A stretch of 62,640 bases of DNA, counting the filler, from Rhabdomonas costata (taxonomy: Eukaryota), in the NCBI GenBank assembly GCA_019059605.1. It is 45 parts of 45 records of this genome, joined end to end, with 100 filler letters (N's around TTAATTAATTAA, not from the genome) between each part and the next. Parts side by side here need not be neighbours in the genome. Positions count along the whole stretch, not along the records: positions 48,804 to 50,097 come from JAHMHO010020353.1; positions 50,198 to 51,491 come from JAHMHO010020354.1; positions 51,592 to 52,882 come from JAHMHO010020355.1; positions 52,983 to 54,276 come from JAHMHO010020356.1; positions 54,377 to 55,670 come from JAHMHO010020357.1; positions 55,771 to 57,064 come from JAHMHO010020358.1; positions 57,165 to 58,458 come from JAHMHO010020359.1; positions 58,559 to 59,852 come from JAHMHO010020360.1; 37 more parts are not named here. The stretch is one strand, 5' to 3'. The notes below the pieces were generated by a model. It ran no database searches and had not been told where the DNA came from. It saw only the letters and a list, made by a program, of their open reading frames with translations. The translations under genes were made by a program, and so were the position numbers. Below, in pieces: positions 50,096-62,640 of this stretch. Within the stretch, counting starts at the first letter, position 1. Every line of letters begins with the position of its first letter.

Positions 50096-52093
50096 CCNNN
50101 NNNNNNNNNNNNNNNNNNNNNNNNNNNNNNNNNNNNNNNNNTTAATTAATTAANNNNNNNNNNNNNNNNNNNNNNNNNNNNNNNNNNNNNNNNNNNNGGT
50201 TTGTTGGTCAGCTGCACCCCAGTTCCCAAATAATTGTGTTGGTCAGGAGTTTGATTCGCGCATCTTGTTCACATCCACGAGAAACTGTGCACGGTGGTCT
50301 GAAAGTTGGACTATGTGGGTGAAGGTTTCGGAGCAGTGATTCACTTCCGGAGGCTGCTTAGGGCTGACTTACTTTCTCTTTGATTTGCTTTTGTTGTTGT
50401 TCTTTGTTTGACTCAGTCAAAAGCATGCGAAAACCCGATTTCTGTGCTTCAATCAGGTGGTTGCTTTCCTTTCTTCCGCTGCCTGCGCTCGGCTGGTACT
50501 CAGTGAACCACGCTTCAACGGCGCAATTCTGGCGTGACTCTAAACGAGCGAGATATTCAACGGCAAGAAGCTGGGCGGAGCGAGTGTAGGGGTGTTTGTT
50601 TGTTGTAAGTGACATGCCTGCTGTTCGCCCCGGTGTTTCGTGTGTACCGCCGCTTTTTCTTTGCCACGTTGTGGCTTTCTGGCCCGTTGTACGATGTGGC
50701 CTTGTGTACAGGAGTTGGGCAGGCTCTTTTCAGTAGGCCAGCGTGCATTCTAGCAGTGACTTTTGTCTCAGCTGAAATATTGCTGCCCGCTTGCCTTATG
50801 CTTGGGTTGTGTTCCGTCAAAGGATGTCCCGGGTGTTTATGGATTCTCCATCGACTGAAGTTTTGCTTTGCCCGTTGGATCGCAATGAGGTAACCCAACC
50901 TCATGCCCCCGTCCCGTTCTGTATGGTATTGCTACTTGCGCTCTTATGGACACTTCCGCATTGCACAATCTGCATCTCTGTTCGTTTGCGTTCTTGTCCT
51001 GAAGAGAACTCAGAATTGGGTGGAAGATCGAGCCTTGTGAGTAACTGACGCTGAATTTGATTTAGCAGTTGATTTTATTGGGAACCGAAAATCGTGTCAA
51101 TGAGTGGTTTTGAGGCGTTTCGGGGCACGCTTGGCCCCACTTTCTCCACTCCAATTCTTTAGTAGTCATCGCAATCACTGCCACGCCTTACACTAAATCT
51201 TATGGGGTGAGACCGACGGATAATGGGTGTGGATGTGGGTGGGGAGGTGTTCCTGTTGGGTCAATGTCCCTTTCTGCCGTCATCCCGTGATAGTTACTTA
51301 CAACAAGACCCTCCGCTACAGGGGCAAGAAGAGGTGCTGTATGCACAACAGACCTCCCCACTTCAGGCCTGCGTCGGCTTAGCCCTCTCCATTTCAGGAT
51401 AATTCGTTGAAAGAAGGTGCATGACCTCAGCTCTTTCAACATCCATTGTTCGAGACAAACACCCCCATTGTTTTTACTGCTCCCCACCACANNNNNNNNN
51501 NNNNNNNNNNNNNNNNNNNNNNNNNNNNNNNNNNNTTAATTAATTAANNNNNNNNNNNNNNNNNNNNNNNNNNNNNNNNNNNNNNNNNNNNGCTTTTTTT
51601 CATCATTGCAGAGGTCCAAGACATCCTAAATTGTCAGAGGTCCAAGACATAATAAATTGTCAACATGAGTAACAAAATATAAGGGAAGGAAAAAAAGGGT
51701 CACTGCGAAAGGAGTGCCGAACAATCATCCAGGGGGGCACTGGCAAAGCTTACCTAACCCCCTTATACAAAATAAAGTCATTTCTGGCCTGTTTTACTTG
51801 ACTGTTAGAAAAAAGAGCGCGAATTGTTTGAACAGGTTGTAATACCTGGTTTACCTATATTACAGGGTTGGCCAATCTTTTTTAACGTTCTGACTTTGAA
51901 GATTTTACGATTTTCAAATGTTTGTTTCAAGTTTATTTTACGTTTTCTTTTGATTTTTTAAAAAAGTGGCCAACACTGTACACCACCATGCGGCCCAGTC
52001 CGTGATACCCCTGCGAAGCCCGATCCAACATCGATACGCGCACCCCCCGCATGTCGCACACGCAGACGTGGACACAGAAAAAGCCATAGGTAA

Positions 52094-52722
52094 CTAATAG
52101 GAGGACCTCTCCGACAGCTGCTGGTTGATGCTGGTGTTGTTCAGCAGGGGCCCCAGCGTGCCCACGTGCACGGGGTTCTCGGGAAACCCTGCGCCGGGAA
52201 TGTCAAACTTGAAGTCGGAGTACTCGATCTCCGGGGCCTTAGGTTGTTTGTAAACGGGCTTTTTGTGACGAAGAGAGGGGCAGCGAGGACAACTTTTTGT
52301 GGAAAACACCAGGTTTTCGCAAAAGACCTGTTTTCTCCTGTCGGGGGCTACGATACCGCCAAGGTTCATTCGAAGAATACCATCCACTGTAAAAACAGCA
52401 AAAAGGAAAAAGTAGTTAGTATTTCTGGATTGATTCGGTTCCACCGCAAGGCAAGCTCCATAGGAGCCTAGCTACCCCCTTGCGACCCCTAAACGACGGT
52501 CGAAATGCGTGGAGCTCAAATCCACACTCACGGTGTACCAAGTTGGTCTCGCTCAGGCGTGACCGGGAAGGCAACTCATTGGCCCCCACCCTGACCAGGT
52601 CTTCCCCTGTGAAACATGCGTGAAACATACCGGCCAGCGGGTGCCTGCAGTTGGGGACACAAGCTGCCTGAAGAATGACCGTAGTCTCATGACTTGATGG
52701 CTTAGAAAGGAAACGATCTATA

Positions 52723-52768
<46 letters not shown>

Positions 52769-52882
52769 CGAGGCCCAGTCGAACCGGATGGCGTTGATGG
52801 TGGCGTTGTCAGCGCGGCCCCCGACGGCCAGCAGCATGCCCCCACTGGAGTACGACCACGTCCCTCCGCTGTTGCTCGAAGG
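52094..52882 (-). CDS. Unknown protein, last three exons
   Basis: GC-rich blocks ...GRADNATINAIRFDWAS|AACVPNCRHPLAGMF...SETNL|APEIEYSDFKFDIPGAGFPENPVHVG...SSY* separated by GT-AG introns, one starting with a long (GT)n. Confidence 0.45.
52723..52760 (+). repeat. (CA)n microsatellite; similar tracts at 32659-32680, 39228-39253 and 45450-45470
   Basis: Seen directly. Confidence 0.95.
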
Positions 52883-53178
52883 NNNNNNNNNNNNNNNNNN
52901 NNNNNNNNNNNNNNNNNNNNNNNNNNTTAATTAATTAANNNNNNNNNNNNNNNNNNNNNNNNNNNNNNNNNNNNNNNNNNNNCACGTCTGCGTGGCCGAA
53001 AGTCCTGGGTTCTTGGTGTTGCTGGCCTCATGTTGGGCATGATCGGCGGGCGCGGGTTTGCGTAGGTGGGAGCCCCCTTGGGCAAATCCCCCCTTGGACG
53101 AATGCCTTGACTCACCTTTGGATGAATTTGGTGCCTTTAATCACCACCACCGCCTCCACCACGCCTCCTCCTGTGCAG

Positions 53179-53295
53179 ATCTCCTCTCAGGCGGGTCAGG
53201 GGGTACGCTTTCTGAAACTGGTCATCGGCAGCGGCTACGAGGAGTTTAGCTCGGTTCACAACGTCGTAGTGGAAGGCGAGCTTCTGTCCTCCTGA
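53179..53295 (+). CDS. IFT25: Intraflagellar transport protein 25 (HSPB11)-like, terminal exon
   Basis: ISSQAGQGVRFLKLVIGSGYEEFSSVHNVVVEGELLSS* resembles the IFT25 C-terminus (LRFIIxSxxxxFASVHxVxxEG); TGCAG acceptor. Confidence 0.55.
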   Translation: MSSQAGQGVRFLKLVIGSGYEEFSSVHNVVVEGELLSS

Positions 53296-55992
53296 GGCTC
53301 CTCGCACCCTCAGAATTGCGTTTGTAGAAATGCATGCGGCTGTACGTCTGTGTACGCTCTGTATTATGTGTGTTAATTAGCTTGATGACACCTTCGTTCA
53401 CCGTTGGACCCGAGTTGCAACACGATGCCCTCCCCTCCAATGCATCTGACGCTGTTCTTGTGGAGATGAGGTGGAACTATGAGAATTTCTGTGCGTGGTC
53501 ACGGAACACCAAAATACCTTGGTAACATTACGTAGGGGGGGGGGGTCAGAGCCCTGGTTTCCACTTCCACTTACCTCCAGCCTTCACTTTCCCTGCCCTC
53601 TGCAAAATGACCCCGCAGCATGATTTCTCACTAGTTATTTTTCCGCTCCGTTTGTTTGGTGCAGGTTCAGTAAAGACATCGCAAAAAAAAATTCCTTTCA
53701 TCCCGAGCTGTGAGCAGCAACACCTGAAAGGACTCCATTTGGAATGCCCCGCCCTTCTCCTTCAGCTCTGAATTTGTGAGAAAAGAAGTGAGTGGAAAAT
53801 GGGGTTGGGAGAGCGCAAACTCAACGGTAAGCTGGCAAAGAGCTTGCCCACCTGTGTCGACAATGCGGTCGAAAGTCGTCGGTTGCAGGTCAGTGGATTT
53901 TTCGATGATGAGCTTCTTAACTGAAAAGCAGCACGAAGGAGCACAAACTAACGGAAGAGAGAAGCAAACACACACTGCCGCACAAGATGAGAGCAAGACT
54001 CAGAGCAAAGTTCGGAATGACATTCCCTCTAGTCCACATGGAGCAGAAAGTGTCACGGGCAGTGTACATACTGTGGTGGGTTGCGGTGTTTATCCGCGTG
54101 AGGTTGGCAGCTGCGCCGTTGAATCCGATAAGAACCTCATGCGGGTACATGCCTGCAAAGAAAAGGTCAGTCGTTGACCTTCAGGAAAATAGCACTTTCC
54201 ATTGTTGCCACAGTCACAATAAACGTAACGCACCAGTGGTTATCCAAAAAGTCTTTTCATTCCCGTCCACCAACACNNNNNNNNNNNNNNNNNNNNNNNN
54301 NNNNNNNNNNNNNNNNNNNNTTAATTAATTAANNNNNNNNNNNNNNNNNNNNNNNNNNNNNNNNNNNNNNNNNNNNGATTGAACTGGACCAGTTGTGGAT
54401 TGAAGATTTTTCCTCCCGACTTGAAGTATTGTTGAATGAGCACATTTGAAACGCCTCTGGAAGTTGCTTTTTTTGTGTGTGTGGGAGTGTTGCACTGTCC
54501 GCTAAAGCTCACGAAGTCATCCTGGCAAAGGATGGTCGAGGTTTTGTCCAGCGCACGTGCATCTGGATCATTCAGTTGGAAGCGTGCCCTCGGGGAGCAT
54601 GAGGCTCACTCGAAGGTTCTGAAGGAGTGTCAGGACCTGCTTACTGAGATGGCACACCAGATGAGCGAGCTGGTGCCTTTCTCCTTTTTTCCCTTGTTTA
54701 CATTCGGTTTGATTCCCCAAGTGGCAAGACGCGGAGGATAGACGTGAGTTAATCCTTCCGGGGAGCTCACTGGCAGTGCCCCGCGGACCTCACGGCTTAG
54801 TTGAAATGTATGTGAAAGTACTTCAAGGCTGACGGCGCCTTTGCTGACATGATTTTCGCTCTTGATGGGAAATTTTTTGTGGGTTGGAAATCATTGCTAA
54901 CACAGTTCAGGGACCGTTCGATATTCTGAGGATTTGCTTTTTGGAGAGAGTTAGCTTCGCGGTGGTCTCACTCTCAGCGGCACTCTTCCTCCTCCGGTGA
55001 AGAAACCACACTCCTCCACCGAGAAGTGGCGAAACTTTCCGCCGCCACTGTCACCCACAATCTGGTGCGTTCATCAATTTACGCAGTTGGTTAATTTTTT
55101 TGTTTGTTTTTGGCTGTGACAAGGTTCCGCCAAACGGGTGATGTTTAAAGCGTTTTCCGAGGCTGGTGCGTTTGGGACAAGCCATCATCGCTGCGTGGTG
55201 CGTTTATAACCTTTACAAGCAGAACCACCCCTTACACACAATGGACCTCTCCTACCCCTTCCTTCCTCCCTCCCTCCCCATACCTTGCACCTCCTCACTT
55301 CACCACACCTCAGCAGTCATCAGTGGTTTACGAAATTTTTTTATAATAATTTTTGGGAAACCCTAAAAAGTGCCATTTTATAGTAACCCTCTCACACAAA
55401 AAGTCATTTAGAGTCATTTCATTTAGAGTGCTGGCATGTTTTCCCTTACTGTTATTGACTTAATTTAGCAAAAAAAAAAAAAGTGTAAAAGGCAATTTTC
55501 TTTCACCAAACGGTAACGCTTTCGTCAAGCCACAGCCTTCACTACCCTAGCGTAGATTCCTTTTGAAGACCTCAGAAAACCGCGATACTACAGCCCTTTA
55601 TTAGCCAGCCGATGTTATCACGCACGCATACATGCATGCATGCATGGATGCAGGGGCGACCATACGAGCCNNNNNNNNNNNNNNNNNNNNNNNNNNNNNN
55701 NNNNNNNNNNNNNNTTAATTAATTAANNNNNNNNNNNNNNNNNNNNNNNNNNNNNNNNNNNNNNNNNNNNGTGTTTGTTGAGATTGTGTCCAGAAAATGG
55801 AGCTGAAAATTTGCCGGTAAGGCTGAGACTTTCCTGGGTTCATGAGTGATGCCCGAAACGTGTATCTGATGGGAATATCATTGATTGGAATTTGTGCTGC
55901 ACTGGCTGTGTGCTCGAGCGACGCGCTGTGTGCCACCTTTTTGGTGGCTTCTGTTCGGTCTTGTGAGAGTTGGACTTGTTTTCTTTCTGCAG

Positions 55993-56107
55993 TGGACGGT
56001 TCATGGCAGAGGTCAAGGTGCCTGTGGCTGGGGAGTACCAGATTGGCGTGCTCTGGGGGGATTGTGATCCCGTCCCAGGCTCCCCGTTCACAGTGATCTT
56101 CACGTAG
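55993..56107 (+). CDS. Filamin/ABP280-type Ig repeat, terminal exon
   Basis: GRFMAEVKVPVAGEYQIGVLWGDCDPVPGSPFTVIFT* has GxYxIxV...PGSPFxV; pyrimidine tract and CAG acceptor; too short for the ORF track. Confidence 0.65.
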
Positions 56108-59100
56108 GCTTCGCGCCCTCGGGTTCGGCACCGCTCGTTGGCTACCCTCTGCAGCGCAGTTCGGCCGGTAACATATTGCCCCGCACACCTGCACCCTCCC
56201 CGCCCTCCTCCGTCCCTTCGAAAGCCCACTTACCCGTGATCTTCCCCGTTTTCCCTGCAAATACAAATATCCCGTCCCATTGGAAGAGGCACTCCTCTGC
56301 AGCCCTGCTGGCTGCAGGGCTCTCTCCAAGGAGACGGGAAGCCTTGGCATTCTCATGCTGAGGGTTTGTTGCATATGCATCTTTTACTCTGTGTGGGGTT
56401 TTGACCCGCCTAAGTCTCGCTCGCGCGGCTGCAGCGCTACCCCCACGCGCTGCAGCCGCATCGCACGCTTTTGGACGTTGCCGCTGCCTTCTTGTGGCGG
56501 GGAGTTCACATGCTTTTCACTACCCTCGTTTGTTTTTGGCAGGCTGAGATAGATTCAGAAGGGGAGAATCTTACCGCCATCAGCGTGAGATTGTGCGAGT
56601 ATTGCCCTGAATGATGCACAGGTGGAATGTGCGGCACAGCAATGCAGCAGTTTTCTCTGAAAAAGGAATGTGCGGTGATTATCACCACACGTCTGATTAT
56701 TGTGGGAAGAGCTTGTGAAACGAGATAGGGCACTGCTTCAAGCACGACGCCTTTTTATGAACACGGGAGAAAATTTATGGTTTCATCCATCATGGCCCCT
56801 ATATGTGAATCAGTAAGAACCCAGGGCCCCTCAGAATCAAGCATAGGTGCATCTATACCCCCACATCTCCTGCACCCCTTCATTTCTTACAGACCACCCC
56901 TAGGGTATGGTGGTCCCCCTTCGGGATCATGGTGCACCCCCAGTAGACATCTTGGCTGGAGAAATTGAAGGGTACCCTGGGGACCTAGAGACACCCCTGG
57001 ACACCCCTAGGCCTTTTGTTCACCTCTCCCAGCAAGCGACGCCCATGCATCTCTCCCCACAACANNNNNNNNNNNNNNNNNNNNNNNNNNNNNNNNNNNN
57101 NNNNNNNNTTAATTAATTAANNNNNNNNNNNNNNNNNNNNNNNNNNNNNNNNNNNNNNNNNNNNGGGTTTTGGGGGGGAGGCCGCAGGTCTCGCGCCAAG
57201 GCGCGGGCGGCAAGAAAAGACCAAAGCCCACCACAGCAACGCACGGGGAGAACACACACAGAAGTCGGAACGGTATAATAAAACAAAAAAGACGTTAACT
57301 TTCAATCCTTGGCCCGCCCCCGCGTTTCCACGCCAAATCGTCCGCATATTCAGAATTTTATCTGCGGTAACACCACGTGTAGAGCCGTTTTGCTTGCTAA
57401 GCGTTTGCAACCCCGTTGCCTTTGTGACGTGTGTGTTTTTTTTGTTATGCCGCCGCTATGAGACGGCTTGCGGGACATCAGTTTTCGTAGCTTCACATTT
57501 TTCTATAACATATGTTTGTATGATTTTTTCCCGCTGATTACTGGAATTCTGAGTTTCGTATTCAGGTTGGTGCTCACTTTTAACGCCTCATATTTTGCAC
57601 GGGTGCATTTGCAAAGGATCTCTTTCAAGTCCTCTCATTACGCACAAAACAACAACACCCGAGCGAAGTGAACATATGCACTTAAATCTAAAAAGATCTT
57701 TATTCGGCCCAAGCTATATGGTCAAAATTGACAAAATTGAATTATAATTTGCATAACTGCAGTCTTTTGCATTTCCAACTGATTTGACTTGGCAATTCGT
57801 TTAGCCATTTCTTGTCCCAAGCATTTTAACTACATTCTACATTAAGAATACATCTTGCATCACTGACTCCTTGGCACACATTATACAATGATCAAAAATG
57901 CGGTAGTAATTCACTTAACCGGTCTTTTCCATAACACGCTCTAGCAAGTGCAAAATTCTTAAGGTTTGCGAAAAGGAGTACGTTTGGCCGTAGGTGGACC
58001 TCTCTGTGACTCATTTTGAGAGAACCGTGGGTAGGTTGGCGCGATGACGGTTTAGCTACACTTTAGTGTAATTAAGGCGGCTTAATTGGAAACGCCGTTT
58101 TGTTTATACGGAGAAGCGTACTGATGTTCAGGCTTTTCCGGCTATATATTCTCTCCGCCTCACCGCTGGAATGTCGAGCATGCCAGATCAGCAGTAGATT
58201 CATTTTGACAGCCAATTTTGAATAAATCTGAGGAGGAAAAAATACCAGCCAATTGAAGCAAATGCAATTCGCTTATGCAATTGAAGCAAAAAAGCCACAC
58301 CTACTAAGCAATATCACATCTTTATAGCCACTGGCGTTGGAAACAAAGTTAATGTTGCTAAACTATCCAAACAAAGATGTGGAGAAACCGCTGGATGTCA
58401 GTACTCCACGCGTTGAGGTCTTTTTAGGCCTTATCAACGAGCAAACAACAACACACCCNNNNNNNNNNNNNNNNNNNNNNNNNNNNNNNNNNNNNNNNNN
58501 NNTTAATTAATTAANNNNNNNNNNNNNNNNNNNNNNNNNNNNNNNNNNNNNNNNNNNNTTGTTGGGTGTGCTTGGGGTTTGTTGGGGATAACTGCCCTCA
58601 ACCATGCTCTCTCTCTCTCAACCTTGCTCACTCTCAACCTTGCTCTCTGTTTCCGTCTCTGCTTCTAGCGTAGCTGTGTGCATCCTGTGTTTGTGTCTCT
58701 TGCGCTTCCTGTAGTGGTTGTAGGTGGATGTTGTTGCTGCTGTTGTGTCACCGTGTCCTTGGCCGCTTCTCTCTGTCGACGTGCACTCCCCAGCAACAGA
58801 TAAGCCAACTGCTATCGTGGATTCATTTCCTGCTAATTTCGAGCTCTTCCGAGGACAATTTTTTTCTAAAAGTTTTTTTTGGCTAATTTTTCTCTGGCTA
58901 CAGTCCCTCTGGGTACGGTTGGGCACAGTTGAATGCTTGCATAAGAATGGTGCTGTGGGTCAGAATGTTTCTTCCCACCGATACGACGCTCAGGACGTCA
59001 CACCTACATTAAAAAAATTAGGAAGACTTAAACAGGCAATGAAGCATCAAAGCAAGTGAGGAGCAGTGCACTTTAGCATCGTCACCAAAAGTACTGAAAT

Positions 59101-59585
59101 GTCGCCCACCAGTAAAAGAGTAGGACAAAAAGCAAAAACGCGCATCACGTACGCCACTGGAAATAGCAAAATAGCACGTAGAAGTCACCAAAGATAAAAA
59201 CAAAAGAATGAACAAATGCACAAAACAAACTGAACAATATAGAATAAATACGATATCGCAATGCCTCCAAAGGAAATGCGCGCGGCTGAGCACAGCCCAA
59301 TCTCAAAGAAAAATGAACAAAAACAGCAGAAAAATTGTAGGGAGTGCATCTAATCCAGATCGCTCGTGACGCGGTCATACCCACGAAACAACCCTCAGCA
59401 AGATCAGCTTAACAGTCAGCTTAATTATCACCCTCCCCTCCCCCCGAATAAAAAAGGCACGCGGTTGGTTACCTTCCTGACCAAATCTGAGATAGCATCT
59501 CATATTTCATGGCTTTTCCTGGCGAGCACGGCCGTGCCTCCTGCAGGGGCCCATGATCGAGCACGTAGGCATGGGGGTGGCTAAC

Positions 59586-59808
59586 CTCACTGCTAAGCCA
59601 GGCTCCCATCTGTCCGATTCCCCCGGTGGACGTCAGCACATGGTACTGGGCTTTGGTCAGCAAGTGGAGCTCCGCGGCGACAGTTTGAAAGGCCTCCTTC
59701 ATTGCAGCGCGGTCGCAAGTGTTGGCACTGTGGGACATACATTCAGTGTGCACGGCAGGGGAATCGGTATTCGTGAGCAGCTTTTCGCCGAAGAGCTTCT
59801 GTGCCTCT
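59586..59808 (-). CDS. Fucosyltransferase-like (GT-B fold, GT23/GT37 type) C-terminal exon
   Basis: AVHTE...FQTVAAELHLLTKAQYHVLTSTGGIGQMGAWL resembles AxxD/ExxLLSxxDxxVxTxxSxFGxxAxxL; CAG and GT boundaries. Confidence 0.45.
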
Positions 59809-60026
59809 CTGCGAAGAGAAAGCGAATCAGAGGCGAGAAACCAACCCCACCCNNNNNNNNNNNNNNNNNNNNNNNNNNNNNNNNNNNNNNNNNNNNTTAA
59901 TTAATTAANNNNNNNNNNNNNNNNNNNNNNNNNNNNNNNNNNNNNNNNNNNNGGTGGGGGGGGCACAAACGAATTGAGCAGTCATACGGGGATCCAACCA
60001 ACCAACCAAACTCCAAAACAACGCAC

Positions 60027-60290
60027 CCCGAAAAACAGCAGCGTCTGTTCAAAGTCATTGGGTTCCAAAGCGAACCCGCGGTGCAAACACAGAAATTGAA
60101 CCACGTCGTCGTCAGTCACCGACTCTAGCAACTTCTTCAGCGCCGCCAGCACCACGTTACGTTTTTGTAATTCAGCAGTTTCAAAAGACATGTCATCCTC
60201 TGAACTGTCCAAATCATAGTCTTCAACTGACTCAACAGAAAAGGTTCGAAATGAAGGCTGAACTTTGAACTGCCGCAAAATATCTTCCAT
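60027..60290 (-). CDS. Probable coding exon of an unknown protein
   Basis: MEDILRQF...KRNVVLAALKKLLESVTDDDVVQFLCLHRGFALEPNDFEQTLLFFG followed by a GTGCG donor. Confidence 0.4.
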
Positions 60291-61659
60291 CGCAAAAAAG
60301 CCAGCTGTTGCACAAAGATTACAACAAAAAGTTTCAACGCAAACAAGAGCGTCCCGAAATCTAAGCTGCGCATCGCTTCACACACACACACACACGTCGC
60401 AAGCCCATTTCGGTCGCCTAGCACTTCTTTTTGCGCAGTTATATTATTCATTGAAGGTGAGTCGTTTGGTCTAAAGTGTGGTGTTGTACTGTGCCTAAGC
60501 TGTTGTGCCCTAGTTCACGTTTTATTGGAATGTAGAGCCAAATAAAAGATTTCGAAACTCATGTGTGAAATGTGGTGCTGGTTACAGTATTGTTCAAACC
60601 CAAAATGTTTCTTGTAAGTGTAAGCCCTGGGACGACTGTGTTTGCATCAACTTTTTGGGGAGAGGTATCCCCCAAGGTATATCTTATGTGTAAAGTGGTA
60701 AATTTTTGGGGAAAACGTGCAGAGGACGCTGTAATTCATAGGAGGCGTACACCAAGCAATGAGCAACAAAAAACAACACTATTGTAATAATCCTCGAAAA
60801 AACTTTGAAGGTGATGATACGGTGCGATAGCACACGAGGCTCACTTCAAAATGATCACAAAAATGCCACATTAGGAATTTTTAGATTGCATCTCTGCCTT
60901 AAAATGCGGTCCTCTCGCTCCCTTCTCAGTGGTGCGTCAATTTTGTTATACTTTGGTTTCAAGTATCATTTTGAGTTGATTTTTGCAAGTTGTTTTGGTT
61001 CTTTTTTAAGGGGGGCTTCTTCTTTTTCTTTTTTTAAGCTTGCTTGGGTCGTCGCACCCCCGGTTTTGGTTCGTTGATTTCTGTGCAACAGTATCGAATT
61101 GTCCTCAAAACCTTTCACAGGGGGCACTCGTAATAAGAATCCTTTCTCCTATATACTTCCTATAGCTATACTCCTACCGCACTTTTTGCTTTAGGTGACT
61201 GGGATAGTGTGCACGTTCGTCTGAGTTTGTATGGACCCCACCCAACNNNNNNNNNNNNNNNNNNNNNNNNNNNNNNNNNNNNNNNNNNNNTTAATTAATT
61301 AANNNNNNNNNNNNNNNNNNNNNNNNNNNNNNNNNNNNNNNNNNNNTTTTTTCTGGGAAGACTCGCGTTTCTATTCCTCCCTGGGCTCCCCACCTTCGAT
61401 GGGGCAGGGGCCCATCGCTCACCCCCTTCTCTCTTTCTCCTCTGCGCCTAGCCGCCTCACGTTACTCCCCCCTGCCTCGCACGGTTGGTGTCCCCTCGGG
61501 ACCTACGACCGATGGTGCACGCTGGGCCTTGGGAACCCCGACTGGCGCGTTTGGAGTAGACACACAGACTACTTGGAGGCGGAGCGACGGGAGCTGCCGG
61601 ATGCGCCCAAGGACATCTCCGAAACTTCACGACAACAATAGCCATTCCAACCGGAACAC

Positions 61660-62640
61660 ACACCACTTGGAAGCCCGCAGCTGCTTGCATAAGTGTTCAG
61701 GACTGGAACCCACAGCGTCAAGGCGTGGGCCCAAACTAAGGCGTCGGCACCTGCAATTCGACCAAAAAAAAAGGCAAAACCACAAGCGGAACTGTGCGAA
61801 TGACAAAAGAACCACTGAAGAAAAAACAAGCAGAGGACCGGGGGAAAACAGACCCTCAAAAGTCAGCAAGTCGGAACGGCAGACTAGAAAGATGCTAGAA
61901 ATTCGGGGAAACCAGGAATCTCGCCTCTCTTTGGATCTAACCTAAGTCTAGGCTCTCCAAATTCAGCCTATGATGCCAGGAAGACTCAGCAAAAGAAATA
62001 CAAAATGAAACCTGCAAAGCTCAGTTTTCGGAGGTGAAGGTTTCTTGGGTCTACTACCATTCCCTCTGCCACACTCAGGGCAAGCTCATTCCTCCTCAAC
62101 CCAACAACATTACATCCAACGGTAAGTCCTTAATGAAGTAGCGCTGTGAACGTGCCGGACGCGCATTCTTCGGTGCAGAACCGGGGGAGATGGGCTTAAT
62201 TATTCGGACTGCTGGGCAAGCGTACCTGAAACCGAACGCAACACTCGGCCAGGATTCCACGGGCACCGCATGCCATCGGCAGGGTGAAACCCCACCAAGC
62301 CTGAAACCCCGAAAAAGTTGAAGTGAAAAACAATCAGACAGCATCTCCAAAAAAAATCAAAACGGCGGGGGTTTATTCAATCCAGCACTCCCTTCTTCTG
62401 TCTCCGTCAATCCAGTTACATTCCGCGAGGAGTTGGTGGGCTCAACTAAGCAGATAGTTCCTGGATCAAACAGAAAAGGTGAGGCTTATCCCTTAACAAC
62501 ATATAGCAGGTTGCACTGCAAACCCAAAGCCTATAATTAATCAGTCAAACCAACATGACCCCCATCAAAATAGCCAGCGGTTCAAGGTCACCATGACTCC
62601 TGAACTAAGGCCAGAAGCGTAAGGAGGTAGGACACAAAAA
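61660..62640 (+). mobile_element. Possible decayed APE endonuclease of a non-LTR retrotransposon
   Basis: Faint ordered remnants: CISVQ/SGL (like NVxGL), GNQESRL (like QETxL), GGGLFNP (like GGDFN), YSRLH (like SRLD). Confidence 0.3.

Noticed and set aside
57164-58458. Moderately AT-rich contig with faint transposase-like words
   Set aside because: No ordered catalytic motifs could be supported
1396-62640. UAG reassignment in the nuclear code, and euglenid nonconventional introns
   Set aside because: Nuclear exons show no in-frame TAG and the filamin-repeat exon ends on TAG; every intron I could anchor by protein homology is GT-AG or GC-AG

Overview
This window is not contiguous genome. It is 45 unrelated contigs of about 1.29-1.31 kb joined by 44 artificial 100-nt linkers (N44-TTAATTAATTAA-N44), so nothing can be inferred from adjacency across linkers, and ORFs that end in X...LIN are artefacts. 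The contigs come from an intron-rich flagellated eukaryote; the cox1 signatures suggest a euglenozoan, probably euglenid-like (inference). Recognisable nuclear gene fragments with GT-AG or GC-AG introns include an axonemal dynein heavy chain, a CDC48/SPATA5-type AAA ATPase, ornithine decarboxylase, RNase H1, an ATG2-like protein, IFT25, an ABHD13-like hydrolase, an acyl-CoA synthetase, and J-domain, filamin-repeat, LamG-like and Cys-rich proteins. Decayed mobile elements include Helitron pieces in three AT-rich contigs, a Penelope-like RT, and weaker non-LTR and MULE remnants. The most interesting signal is a cox1 fragment (49699-50095, minus strand) with five TAG codons, all at conserved Tyr/Phe positions, and no TAA or TGA. 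This points to a mitochondrial genetic code in which UAG is a sense codon, most likely Tyr. All homology calls are from motif recognition by eye; no database searches were run.
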